From assembly GCF_036321535.1 (NCBI RefSeq), contig NC_087436.1:50222001-50286000 (forward strand): 64,000 nt of DNA. Reading direction: 5' to 3'. The translations under genes and the position numbers were made by a program. Positions 53,259 through 64,000 of the stretch are shown in pieces (within the stretch, counting starts at the first letter, position 1; every line of letters begins with the position of its first letter). The DNA comes from Camelus dromedarius (taxonomy: Eukaryota). The notes under the pieces are model-generated. The model was not told the DNA's origin, made no database searches, and was given only the letters and a program-made list of their open reading frames with translations.

Positions 53259-53530
53259 CATATCACAGACTTCAAAGACACCACAAGCATATCATGGATT
53301 ATAGATATATCATACACTGAAGGTGAATATTTTAATACCCCCTTCTTCATTTCAAGGATACTTGAAGAAGGAAAACATACAAAATCTTCAGCTGATGAAA
53401 CTACAAATTCAGATATCACACCATCTTTCTTTACCAGTTTTAAACAATTCAAGAGCTTTCTTTTAAGTGTTTTACAACATTTTATAGGTATCATAAAAAT
53501 CTTATTTTTCGTATTCTTTTTGTGACATCT
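53259..53530 (-). pseudogene. Exon remnant, GREB1-like
   Basis: ttacag acceptor, TG|gtaaat donor; EFVVSSAEDFVCFPSSSILE ~ [29 protein letters not shown] ~ HPVLSVD. Confidence 0.6.
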
Positions 53531-54203
53531 CTGTAATCTCACTGTTTATTAGGATTTGTAGAATACAAATTAACTGATAATTTAGTTTGTATGTGTTAGC
53601 TAAATAATTTAAAGAAAATTTCCTACCTAATCTTTCTCCTTCTAACTTTCTTCCAGCACTCCCTACCACTCTGCCTCCTCTATTACAATTATTAGCTTCC
53701 TAAAATTATTAAAAACATATATTTAATTGTATCACCTCACCTCTTAAGTTTCTTGCCAATGGTTCCCTAGTGCCTTTTTTAGTATATAGGTCAAAGCTCT
53801 TACCATGAGATACAAGGCCTTTCATGGATCTGACCCTAGTTCACATAATCTCAGATCAAACTACTTTCCATCACACACTCTGTGCTCCAGTAATACTCTC
53901 TCACCTCTGTGGTTTTGTACTCACCATGTTTATTCCACTGGGAATAACTCTTTTCATTACTTATCCAGGGAAATTCCAGTAATTTTCAAACTTCAGCTCC
54001 ACTTTTACCTTCCTAAGGAGAACTTCCCCAAGAGTTAGTAATTTCCTGTCTCCTTTGCTCCTTAACTCCCCAGTGCAAACTTCTATTATAGTATTATTCC
54101 TGGTGAATTGTAATTTTTATTGGGTCTTTGTGTCCTGATAGATCTGAATGCATTTAAACAAGTATTTTAGTCTCCATATTCTAAATACAACACATAGGGT
54201 GTG

Positions 54204-54204
54204 T

Positions 54205-54237
<33 letters not shown>
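54204..54237 (+). repeat. (CA)n microsatellite, imperfect
   Basis: Direct reading. Confidence 0.9.
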
Positions 54238-55229
54238 GTTAATATATATATGTTAATATATAATTACTCAACCACCATTTCTTATTGGTAAAGCAAAATC
54301 CCCTTTTTTGATTCTTCCTTGAGTTAATAGCGATAAAGTTCTTTCTTCAGATCTATACTAAAACTGTACACTCTCAGTAGCTTATTTTCTAACCTATCCT
54401 ATTTGAATTCAGATTGTTTTATTTAGTTAACCTTAATATTTTAAGCACAGCATAGTACAGCAGTAATGAAAGTACTGTGTATTATTATACCATGATTTTC
54501 CTGGAGGCAATATAGTATGGTAGCAAGAAAACAGAAATTTAAATTTTTTAAAATCATGATAATGTCATAATATTGCAAATTGGTTTCACTACTGTCTACT
54601 GCTATATTGATAATTATTCTGTGAATTAAAGGATTCTTTGGCCAAAAATCTTTCTAAGAACTACTAGAACTTAACATGCAGACTTTATAGTAACAAAACT
54701 CTTTATTTGGTCATTGCATGAGTTCAGCTGCATTTAAAAAAGACTCAACTACAGTGCCTTTAGCTAATATTTTTCACAAACATGAAGTTCCACCTATGGT
54801 GGACTTAGTAGATCTATAAAGCATCAAAGTCTTCAACTTGTTCTAACTTCTGCTCTACTACTCTCATAATCACCTCATATTACCAAGATGGTGGACAGTT
54901 TCACCCTCTCATTTGAATTTTGGAAAAAGAAGAAGGAAATGCCAAACTTTTTCAGAGGTCACTAGCAAGATTCCACTGAGTTTGCATTGACCAGAACTGA
55001 CAACTTATCCTAGCTTAAAAGAGGTTGAAATATGACTTTTGTCTGATCATATTGCTGTTGCAATTAAAATTGGGCTTCCATGAAAAAAGAATGTAGGAAT
55101 ACTGGGTATTGGATAAGCAACTATCAGTGACTTCCATTATCATAAAACCATTTTTTGTTCACAAATATCAAGGAACATTAATAACCATGAAGCAATTGTT
55201 AAAGTAATGGTGCTTTAAAAACAAATTAG

Positions 55230-55855
55230 ATGCAGAAATCCCACTCCTGAGCATATATCCAGAGGGAACTTAAATTCGAAAAGATACATGCACCCCAATG
55301 TCCATAGCAGCACTATTTACAATAGCCAAAACATGGAAACAAGCTAAATGTCCATCAACAGATGACTGGATAAAGAAGTTGTGGTATACTTATACCATGC
55401 AATACTACTTAGCCATACAAAGAATAAAATAATGCCATTTGCAGCAACATAGATGGACCTGGAGATTGTCATTCTAAGTGAAGTAAGGGAAAGAAAAATA
55501 CCATATGATATCACTCATATGTGGAATCTAAACAAAAAAAAAAGGCAAATGAAATTACTTACAAAACAAAAGCAGACTCACAGGCATAGAGAACAAACTT
55601 ATGGTTACCAAAGGGCAAGGGGGTGGGAAGGGATAAATTGGGAGTTTGAGATTTGCAGATACGAACTACTATGTATAAAATAGATCAACAAGTTTATACT
55701 GTACAGCACAGGGAACTATATTCAATACCTTGTAGTAACCCATAATGAAAAAGAATATGAAAATGAATATATGTATGACTGACTATTACACTGTACATCA
55801 GAAATTGACACAACATTGTAAACTGACTATACTTTAATAAAAAATAAAATAAACA
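55230..55855 (+). mobile_element. 5'-truncated L1
   Basis: ORF2 end and 3'UTR motifs, A-tail, TSD aaaacaaattag. Confidence 0.95.
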
Positions 55856-56511
55856 AAAACAAATTAGTAACTAAAGCTATGTACCTATCTTCCTCCACAC
55901 AACCCTCCCTCCCTAATTATAGAATATATTATAAAGCATAATTTATAAATTTATGATATTAAATCAAAGTAAAACTCTTAAAAGTGAAATACAAATGGAA
56001 ACTTTTCTTATAGAAAAGAGCCTTTGTGATAAAAACAAAACGATTATAAAATCAATGGAAAATCATTTATGAATCTTATGAAGTATCTTTTAGAAACAAT
56101 TTCTATGTTTGTGCATTTTAATGTTATGCTAAGTACATGGCAATGTCAATTCATGTTTTATTTGTAATTCTAACACTGCTTTGTAGCACTTACATAATCT
56201 AAAGTTTAAAATATCCTGCTTTTTTGTTTGAAACTTTTAGAAGAAAAATTCCCTAAAATCTTTGCCCAGAATTTTGATATCATGAAATGTGTTTTACCCT
56301 TTCTGTAGCAGTCATAGACTATTCCCCAACTCAACCTTACACCTGTCTAATGTGATAATCCTCCCAATGTGACTGCTTATCTTTCTTGTTTTAAGAGGTA
56401 GATATTACTATGTTTTGAACTGTATCTACCACACCACACAGGAGACATTTAATGAATACCAGCTGAATGGATGCAATACTTCAACAAATGAATGCATTGT
56501 AAGACTCATAC

Positions 56512-56683
56512 CGAATTGATACAATTGAACAAAAATGATTTCCTCATCATTACCTTTGGAAATATTTACTCTTCTGGGAACAATAAAAACTTGCTGTCTC
56601 TTTTGACAATGAAAAAGACAAATCAAAAAGACTTGGAGAACTACCAGTCAGAACTCTGTAGTTATTTAAATTGTATTCAATGT
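56512..56683 (-). pseudogene. Exon remnant, GREB1 TAGT-like
   Basis: ctgttttcttacag acceptor, donor gtatga (alternative gtaatg at 56553); DIEYNLNNY ~ NVQYNQNRF; ICLFHCQKRQ ~ LCRFNRFSVMKKQ. Confidence 0.62.
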
Positions 56684-58729
56684 CTGTAAGAAAACAGTAA
56701 TTATGCCAATAACTTTATATTTATTGGAGATAATAAAAAAATTTCTAATTTAGCAGCACCTAACAAAGCATTAGCTGGAGTTCATTAAATTCTTAAGTTC
56801 TTTAAATTATGACTTATTATAATTACTATACTAAATTATTATTTTGCTTATTCACTATTATCAATAGACTAATATTGTGTTATGCCAAAGGGCCAAGTCA
56901 ATTTACAATTCAAAATCCTTTCAGTGCCCTATGCTCCTTTTTTTTCACCAGCTATCTCTAATGATTCATAGTAATCCTTTGTGTTCATGTTATTTAATCC
57001 ATATTTAATACTAAAGAATAATTATTTTCCCCCATTTTATAGTAGTATATATAAAATGATACTTGAGTTGTTTTATTATAATGGATTACTTTAAAAGATA
57101 AAGATGTACAATGATGAGGACAAGTGGAATGAATAAACAGAGAAGAGAAAAAGGCAAAAAAATAATGTAAGTGGAGAGAAAATGATAGTATATAGAGAGC
57201 ATTAAGGAAATACAATAAAGATGCATAGGAAGAGGAAGAGACTGGGCAAGACTGATGGGAAAGAGTTGTCTGTTCTAACTTCCCAATCAGAGCTGAAATA
57301 AAGCTTCCTACTTTAAAAGAAAGGCAATTCTCACGTGCATACCAAGGTATGCAATCATTTCTGTCTCATCCCTTACCTTGAACTTAGAGTCCAAATAATA
57401 GCCCTGTTATGAGTTCTAGGGAAAAGGGGAAAAGAGAAGCCAATTTAAAATTGGTTATTTAGACACATGTTCTTGTTGAAACTTCACAACTGTTGACAAT
57501 CAGTATCTTCATTTATCATACCTCTGGTGGGTATTTAAATTAACAATATCTTTCAGTTTATGGATTTTTTAAAAATCTCATATGTAGAGCCTTTGAAATG
57601 AAGTAAATGTAAGTCAATTTATCACTTTGTCAAGAATATATAATTTTGCACCCTGGTTTTTATTATGAAAAGGTAGTATATTGATATTATTATTTTGAAA
57701 CTTTGCCTCTGAACATTTTTATATGTAATTTTCATTATAAAAATTTCTTTAAGTGTCTATTAAGTCCTTGAATTGATGTTATTTATAATCGAAGCATGCC
57801 ACTAACAGCAGTTTTCTTAATTGTGTATGTAATAATCATTTCTCAAATTTTTCTCAAAACCATGTTATACATTAACAAGTAAGTCTACTAGGAATAAAAA
57901 CAGCCAAAACCTACAGAGAAAACTTGTAAACATTTATATGAAGTAGAGAAAAACACAGAAGTCCCTCAAAGTCTCTAACACGACATTATTTAATGCTCAG
58001 TGACAACTGTAAATTAGTTTGTGGGACAAATAAAGTGACTACCTGATATAAAGCAGCCTCTGTGGTCGATGGTCAAAATATTGTGGTATGCAGAAATGTT
58101 TACAGTTGAAAAAGGAATCAGAATATATAATCGTATGATACCATTCTCTTTGGCATCTCGGCTTAATCTATGAGAAATTTTCTCAGGGCTAACTGCATTA
58201 CTGCAGTGATGACTATGTATTTGATACAGTTATCGCCTGCCTCCATGTAACTCACTTCATTCTATGTTCTGTGTCCAGATTCCTTCAACTTAATGGTGGA
58301 AATATATAAATAAATATTACCTTCATGCTGAGGTTAGATTGACAAAAGTCAGTTAGGTCAGTCAAAGGTACTAACACCTGTGAGGTAAAACATCAGCTCA
58401 CAGACCACAAGATATAATAAACCAAAGGATCAAAAAACTGGACTTACACTAAACAAACCGATTTTATGTATAGTTTAGTCTGGGTAAATTTTATGTAGTA
58501 AAAATCTATATATGCTTTGTATTCAAAATTTTAAATTTAAGCTTTCAGAAATGAAAGTACTTTAAAAATGGAAGTATTTTCTGACTCTCAGATTTTGTCT
58601 TCCAGCAGGGTAAGACTCTAGTAGTAACCATAAATGTGCTTGAAGACATAACTAATCCCTGAAGGACAACAATAAAAATCCAATCTTCCCAAGCCATCTA
58701 TTTCCATCCTCAGCAAAATATAGGTTGAG

Positions 58730-58945
58730 GAAGTAATTTCATCCAGTCAGATACCTGGGTTTATTTTAGTGCTGCTAGCTGTGTGACCTGCAACAAATGA
58801 CTGTGCCTTAGTTTTCTCATGTCTGAAATAGAAACATGCCTTCTAAAATATTATCTAATATTTACCTCACAAGTGTGACAGAGCTATTAAAGGCAGAACA
58901 CATGCAAAGGGTTTACAAAGAGGCCAGCAGATAAAAAGTTCTCAA
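58730..58945 (+). mobile_element. MIR SINE fragment
   Basis: agtcagatacctgggtt...gctgtgtgacct...ctgtgccttagttttctcatgtctgaaat. Confidence 0.75.
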
Positions 58946-59699
58946 TTTATTCTAGATATTAATTTTATTCTTCTTCTTATTATTATTCCCAATTATTTTC
59001 CAAGCAATATGCTTTGGTTGCTGATGATCAACTAATTAACCAGTATTTTGTGAGTTCTCCAACTAGAAGTTAATGGGGCATCTCTGCCTACTTTTGGAAA
59101 TAAGAATTAGTAAGTTAATATTTGACTAATGGACACACAAAAGCTAAAACCCTGGCACTCACACTCCTTCCTTCAAGAATGGGAAGGCTTCAGGGGAGTT
59201 GAAAGCACAGGATAAAGAATGATGAAAGGAAACAGAGCACAATCTAGTCTACTTGAATTTGAGCATCAAACTCTAACCTTAGGAATAATGTAGAGATGAG
59301 CTAGAGAGGATTTAAGGAACTTCTCTCCCTTCTGGGCCATGGCCTGAATCTTTGAAATTCACCAGAATCTTTTTGGTAACTTTGAAGAAGAGAGTAAAAG
59401 CGAAGTAAGATGCCTGGATGTTATCCTGTGTGGGACCAGCCTGAGCACTTCACCACAAAAGGGAGAAAGAGAACTCCTTTGTGCATGACCTTTTAGCTCA
59501 GGAGCTCCACCAACTTGCAATCATGGCTCCATCAGAGACTTCAAATCTGAATAATCTGTGACAATTCCTCAGTAGTTGGCAGAATGGCTTGCAAGATGGG
59601 TAGAGCAAATTTCCTCCCTCATTTGCTACAGACTACATAGGAATGAATAATTGCAGTACATATCCCTTTCCTTCCAAAGCTTTTCATATAATTTAAGAT

Positions 59700-60255
59700 T
59701 GTTCAAATTACAATTGCTGTATAACAAAATACCTCAAAATTCAGTTACCTAAAATTATTTTTTATTCTCATGAATTCTATGGATGAGGAGTTTGGATGGG
59801 GTGCAGCAAGCAGTTATGGCTTGCTTCTGCTGGGAGACTAGATGACTGACATTGATTCAACAGCCTGGGGTGGAATCAACTGAAGGTTTATTGACTCATA
59901 TGTCTGGCAGTTGGTTCTGGCTGTCTGGTAGGGCCTCAGCTGAGACTTCCACATGACCTTTTCATGAGGCCTTAACTTCCTCATAACCTGGTTGTCTCAG
60001 AGTAATCAAACTTCTTAAATAGAATTCCAGGGTTCCAAAAGCAAATGTCCCAGTGACAAGGTGATCACCGCTTGGGACATAGCCTTTGCAGTCATGCAGC
60101 ATTACTTCCACTGTATTCTGTTGGTTAGAAATGACTTACAAGCCTACTTAGAATTCAAGGGAAGAGGATGTGAAGAGTGTCAAGATCAAATTACCAAGGA
60201 ACATATAGGATGGGAAATACTAGTATAGCTATTTTTGTAAAATATATCTCCCACA
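59700..60255. mobile_element. MLT1-type LTR
   Basis: attgctgtataacaaaatacctcaaaat...tctcatgaattctatgg...gtcatgcagcattacttccactgtattctgttggttag. Confidence 0.8.
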
Positions 60256-61138
60256 GAGATATAGCATGACAATATATGAAAACTAGAGATCATATTAAAA
60301 AGCAAACAAATTAATTGCCAAATTTTGGAAATATGCTATGAATCTGAATGAATTTTAGGAATTGCAGAAATCAGTGAAAGCTACTCTAGCAACAAAGACC
60401 CTTATGGAAGAGACTGGCCCTGAACTGGACCTTAAAAGATATGCAATATCCTTTAACAATCCCTATATACTTCAGAAAAGAAAAACATTGATGCCCAGCT
60501 GGTCTTCATTTCCCATGTAGAACCAATTATAGTCTGTGAATTTTTTAAAAGAAATTTTAATTATTACTGACAATGACAAATATAAGAGTAAGAACTTCTA
60601 AAATAGGCTAAAACATAGCTGTTTATATAAAAACTATTTTTTCCTAATATAGCTAGCACAAAATTTTGTTTAATTGTGAAAAGGAACAAAATTCCCAGGT
60701 TAGTCATAAAATCCCGGGTTAAAGAAAGAAAGATAGAAACTAAAGACTCCTCATTGAAAACATATCAATGAATGGTTATTCCATTTTCATGTTAAATACC
60801 TCTTGAAAAATACTTTTTGAGAATCTTTAAATAACTTCGAAAGTAAGAGAAAAAAATTCTAAGAGCCAGCCTGATTCAAAACATATGACTCACTTTACAA
60901 AAGATATTTTCTGAACATCAGTTGCTAGAAATAGCATTCTTTCTCTGAAAAACTAGAAAAGATGAATTTACTTTCAAAAAATCAATTTATAATTTTAAAA
61001 AACTTGCCTGAAAAATTCTGAATATACTTAATCTAGTGGCAAAGTATATTATTAATTAGTAGATTAGTAGTGATGTTTCAAATATAAAAATAAAACAACT
61101 GCAATTATATCAAATTTTAAAAAATAAAAATGCCTTAC

Positions 61139-61630
61139 CTTATAAACTTGTATTTGTATACTGAACAGTTATGTCTTCTTGCAAAACACATCTAAGGATT
61201 ATGAAGCACACTGAGCCACAGATAAGATGGCTTAGCCAAAATGCCATTTTTGGAAATACTGGACTTTCAAAAGCTGGGCTTCATTCACCAAGATTTGTTA
61301 TAATTTTCTCTTGACCACCACAGTTTTTGTTATATGGTGAGTCCTGCTTTGCTCTTCTTGCTGCTTTGTGCAATTACATCTTGCAGTCTTCTACCTGGCG
61401 TAGTCTTCTCAATGTATTATTCAAATAAAAGAATCTCATTGGGTCCCTCTAGAATACCCACATTTGCAAGCTCTAGTTATATGTTATATTTCTCACTAAA
61501 CAACCATGTCCATTCCCTTCCTTGTCTGGCAAGTACAACAAAGTGTTAAAACACACAATGCCTTTTCTATTTCTGTTTCAAGTTTACACAATTCAACATA
61601 AACTTTCCAGAAGACATTTCTTGATTTTAA
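61139..61630 (-). pseudogene. Exon remnant, GREB1 TAGT N-terminal half-like
   Basis: AG|gtaagg donor; LLYLPDKEGNGHG/WLFSEKYNI*LELAN ~ MLVLPSIFNSAGVG..FLIKELSYHNLELERN; FARRH ~ FSRCH just before the donor. Confidence 0.55.
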
Positions 61631-61689
61631 ATAAGCTTATATAAAGTTTAGTCTATTCTAATTATGCATTCCTTTAAAAATAATAGTTT

Positions 61690-64000
61690 CAGCTCTGACA
61701 TGTAAAGATCTTGGAAGACTTCACTCTCATCCTTACAATGAGAAAAAGTTGGACAAGTTGAAATTTGATGAATTTGTTTGGACTTATTCGGAGAACTGAA
61801 ATCCTAGGGCAAATGCTACCCCAAAATGTGGAGAGAAATGTGCATTCAGAGAGATACAACAACTAAGATTTGCTTACCTGAAGCAGAAGCATACAGAGCT
61901 ATAAATTTGAAGAAACATATGGTAATTCTGATGACTTATCGGAGAGTGAGGATGGACGAGCATGAGAATAGGGCTACAGTCTTAGAGGAACTTATCCTTT
62001 CATGGGCATCCCCTAAGAACGCTGCTAGGTGTTCACTGTGAGGCTCCAGGAAAGATCCTCTTGTAGCTCTGGGTGAGGGGAAGAGTAACCAGTGTGAAAC
62101 ACTCCCCAAACCTCCTCCGGACAAAAGCTGTCTTCTCCAGGGGGAAAGAACTTTGTCTGAAATCCCGAAATCCTATCTCAGCAGGGTGAAGGGAATTCCT
62201 GCCCACTCTAGCCCTTCCTACCTTCTGTCTCATCTATAGGGAAAAACTATAATCAACAAGGGACAGGGCTTCAAGGATATGAATTATGAATTCTGCAGAC
62301 AGGGAAGAGAATAGTGGACAAGGTTTACAAAAAAAAAAAAAAAAAACCTATAAACTGGAAGAGGATCAAGAACATTTGCGAAGGCCATAGGCCAGCCCAA
62401 GGCAAAGTCCCACTAAAAGACAGATTTAATCAAAAGATTATAGAAAGTTTTCCCTCCCCTAAACCTTACCCTTCCAGCAAAAAGGCTCCAGTATAATAAC
62501 AGTAATTACAACAGAAAGAGCTGCAAAGCAGACTCTCTCTGAAACACAATATACAGAGAAGCCTCTAAGACAAAAACAAGGACATTAGAGGAATTTGAAG
62601 CTTCTGGTACCTATAGCTACAATAATCATTAAACACAGTCTAACTGTAAGACAAATGCACATAAATCCTCACACTAAAGATCTATTTATATTATTTCTTA
62701 GTTTAATTCCTATTATTCAATACAATGTGTACAGCTCTCAGCAAAATAATCAAAAAGTATGCAAAAAGGCAAAAAAAAATCTATGCAGAAAAGACAACAC
62801 AATCATCTAAACTAAAACTGACAATACACACATGTTGGAGTTATCAGAAGAGAAATAAAAATATTTATGATTAATGTTAAGGGTTTGTAATGGAGTCCTC
62901 ATGAACACCCCCAGGCTCAATGATTCCCTGAAGGATTTTTGGGACTCAGAAAAAGCTGTTATACTTACAATTAAGGTTATTACAGTGAAAGAATACAAAT
63001 GAAAATCAGCAAAGGAAAAGATACATGGGGCAAAGTCTTAGTGAAAACAGGCACATGCTTCCAGGTATCCTCCCCTAGGGATTCACACAGGCATGCTCTT
63101 AATTCTCCCAGAAATGACATGTGAGAACACATGAGAAGTGCTGCCAACGAGGGACTCTCACTTGAGCTTTGATGTCTTGAGTTCTTACTGGAGATCAGTC
63201 ACACAGCGATGCAGCCCCCACATGACTTAGCCACTCAGATTCCAGATTCCTCCTCCAAAAATAAAGCATTACATATATATTAGAATAGCTACAATACAAA
63301 AAGCTAACAATAAAAATTGCTGGCAAGAATTCAGAGCAACAAAACTTTCATTCATTGCTCGTGGGAATGTGAAATGGTACAGCCATTTTGAGAGCCAGTT
63401 TGGCAATATCTTATAAAGCAAAACACAGTCTTACCATGATCCAGCAATGGCCCTCCTAGATACTTACACAACTGTTTGAAAACTCATGTCCACACAAAAG
63501 CCTGTACACAATGCTTATAGCAGCTTTATTCATAATCACAAAATACTGCAAGAAATCAAGATGTCCTTCCACAGAAAAATGAATAAACCAGCTGTGAGAC
63601 ATCCACATAATGGAATAATATTAACAATAAATATCATGCCCCACAAAGACATGGATGAATTTAAGTGTATACTGTTAAGTGAAAGAAGTCAGTCTGGAAG
63701 TGTCATATAATTCCATTTTTATGACATTCTGGGAAAGGTAAACTATGAAGTTGATAAACAGATCAGTGGTTGCAGTGGTTGTCAGGGTTTTGTAGAAGGA
63801 TATTTTTAGAGTAGTTGAGCCAAGATATGTTATACTGTAATACTAGTTAACATGACTTTTTGCACCCGTGTAAACCCATGATAATTTACAACCATAACAC
63901 AAATCTTAATGTATGCAAATTTAAATTTAAAAATCACTTATGAGGTTGAGAGTATCCCAGAATGGAATGCAGACTGTGACAAAAGAATCTAATTGCATTA
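61690..64000 (+). mobile_element. Old L1M 5' and 3' fragments with an inserted LTR-like element (~62888-63260)
   Basis: L1M 5'UTR-like start, ORF2 end (cattcattgctcgtgggaatgtgaaatggtacagcc, taagtgaaagaagtcag); insert has cccaggctcaatgattccct...ggactca...tattacagtgaaag motifs. Confidence 0.8.

Noticed and set aside
53208..53525. Plus-strand 105-aa ORF
   Set aside because: Antisense shadow of the minus-strand exon remnant; splice signals and homology are on the minus strand

Overview
AT-rich mammalian genomic DNA, very probably camelid (tRNA-derived Vic-1-type SINEs and two copies of one young L1 subfamily). I found no intact protein-coding gene, and most ORF-track entries are L1/LTR remnants or noise. 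Much of the window is L1, L2/MIR, MLT and solo ERV LTRs, with a dense LTR cluster at about 28-37 kb. Two non-repeat signals stand out, both on the minus strand. (1) A decayed ~1.9 kb endogenous bornavirus-like L (EBLL) element at ~13.1-15.05 kb, collinear with the C-terminal part of bornavirus L polymerase and abutted by a co-oriented LTR. (2) A heavily disabled multi-exon gene relic spanning at least ~12-61.6 kb, whose exon remnants resemble, in order, the GREB1/GREB1L C-terminal TAGT glycosyltransferase-like region, apparently in more than one tandem copy. The EBLL would lie in one of its introns. Both homology calls are manual alignments against sequences recalled from memory and need tBLASTn/HMM confirmation.
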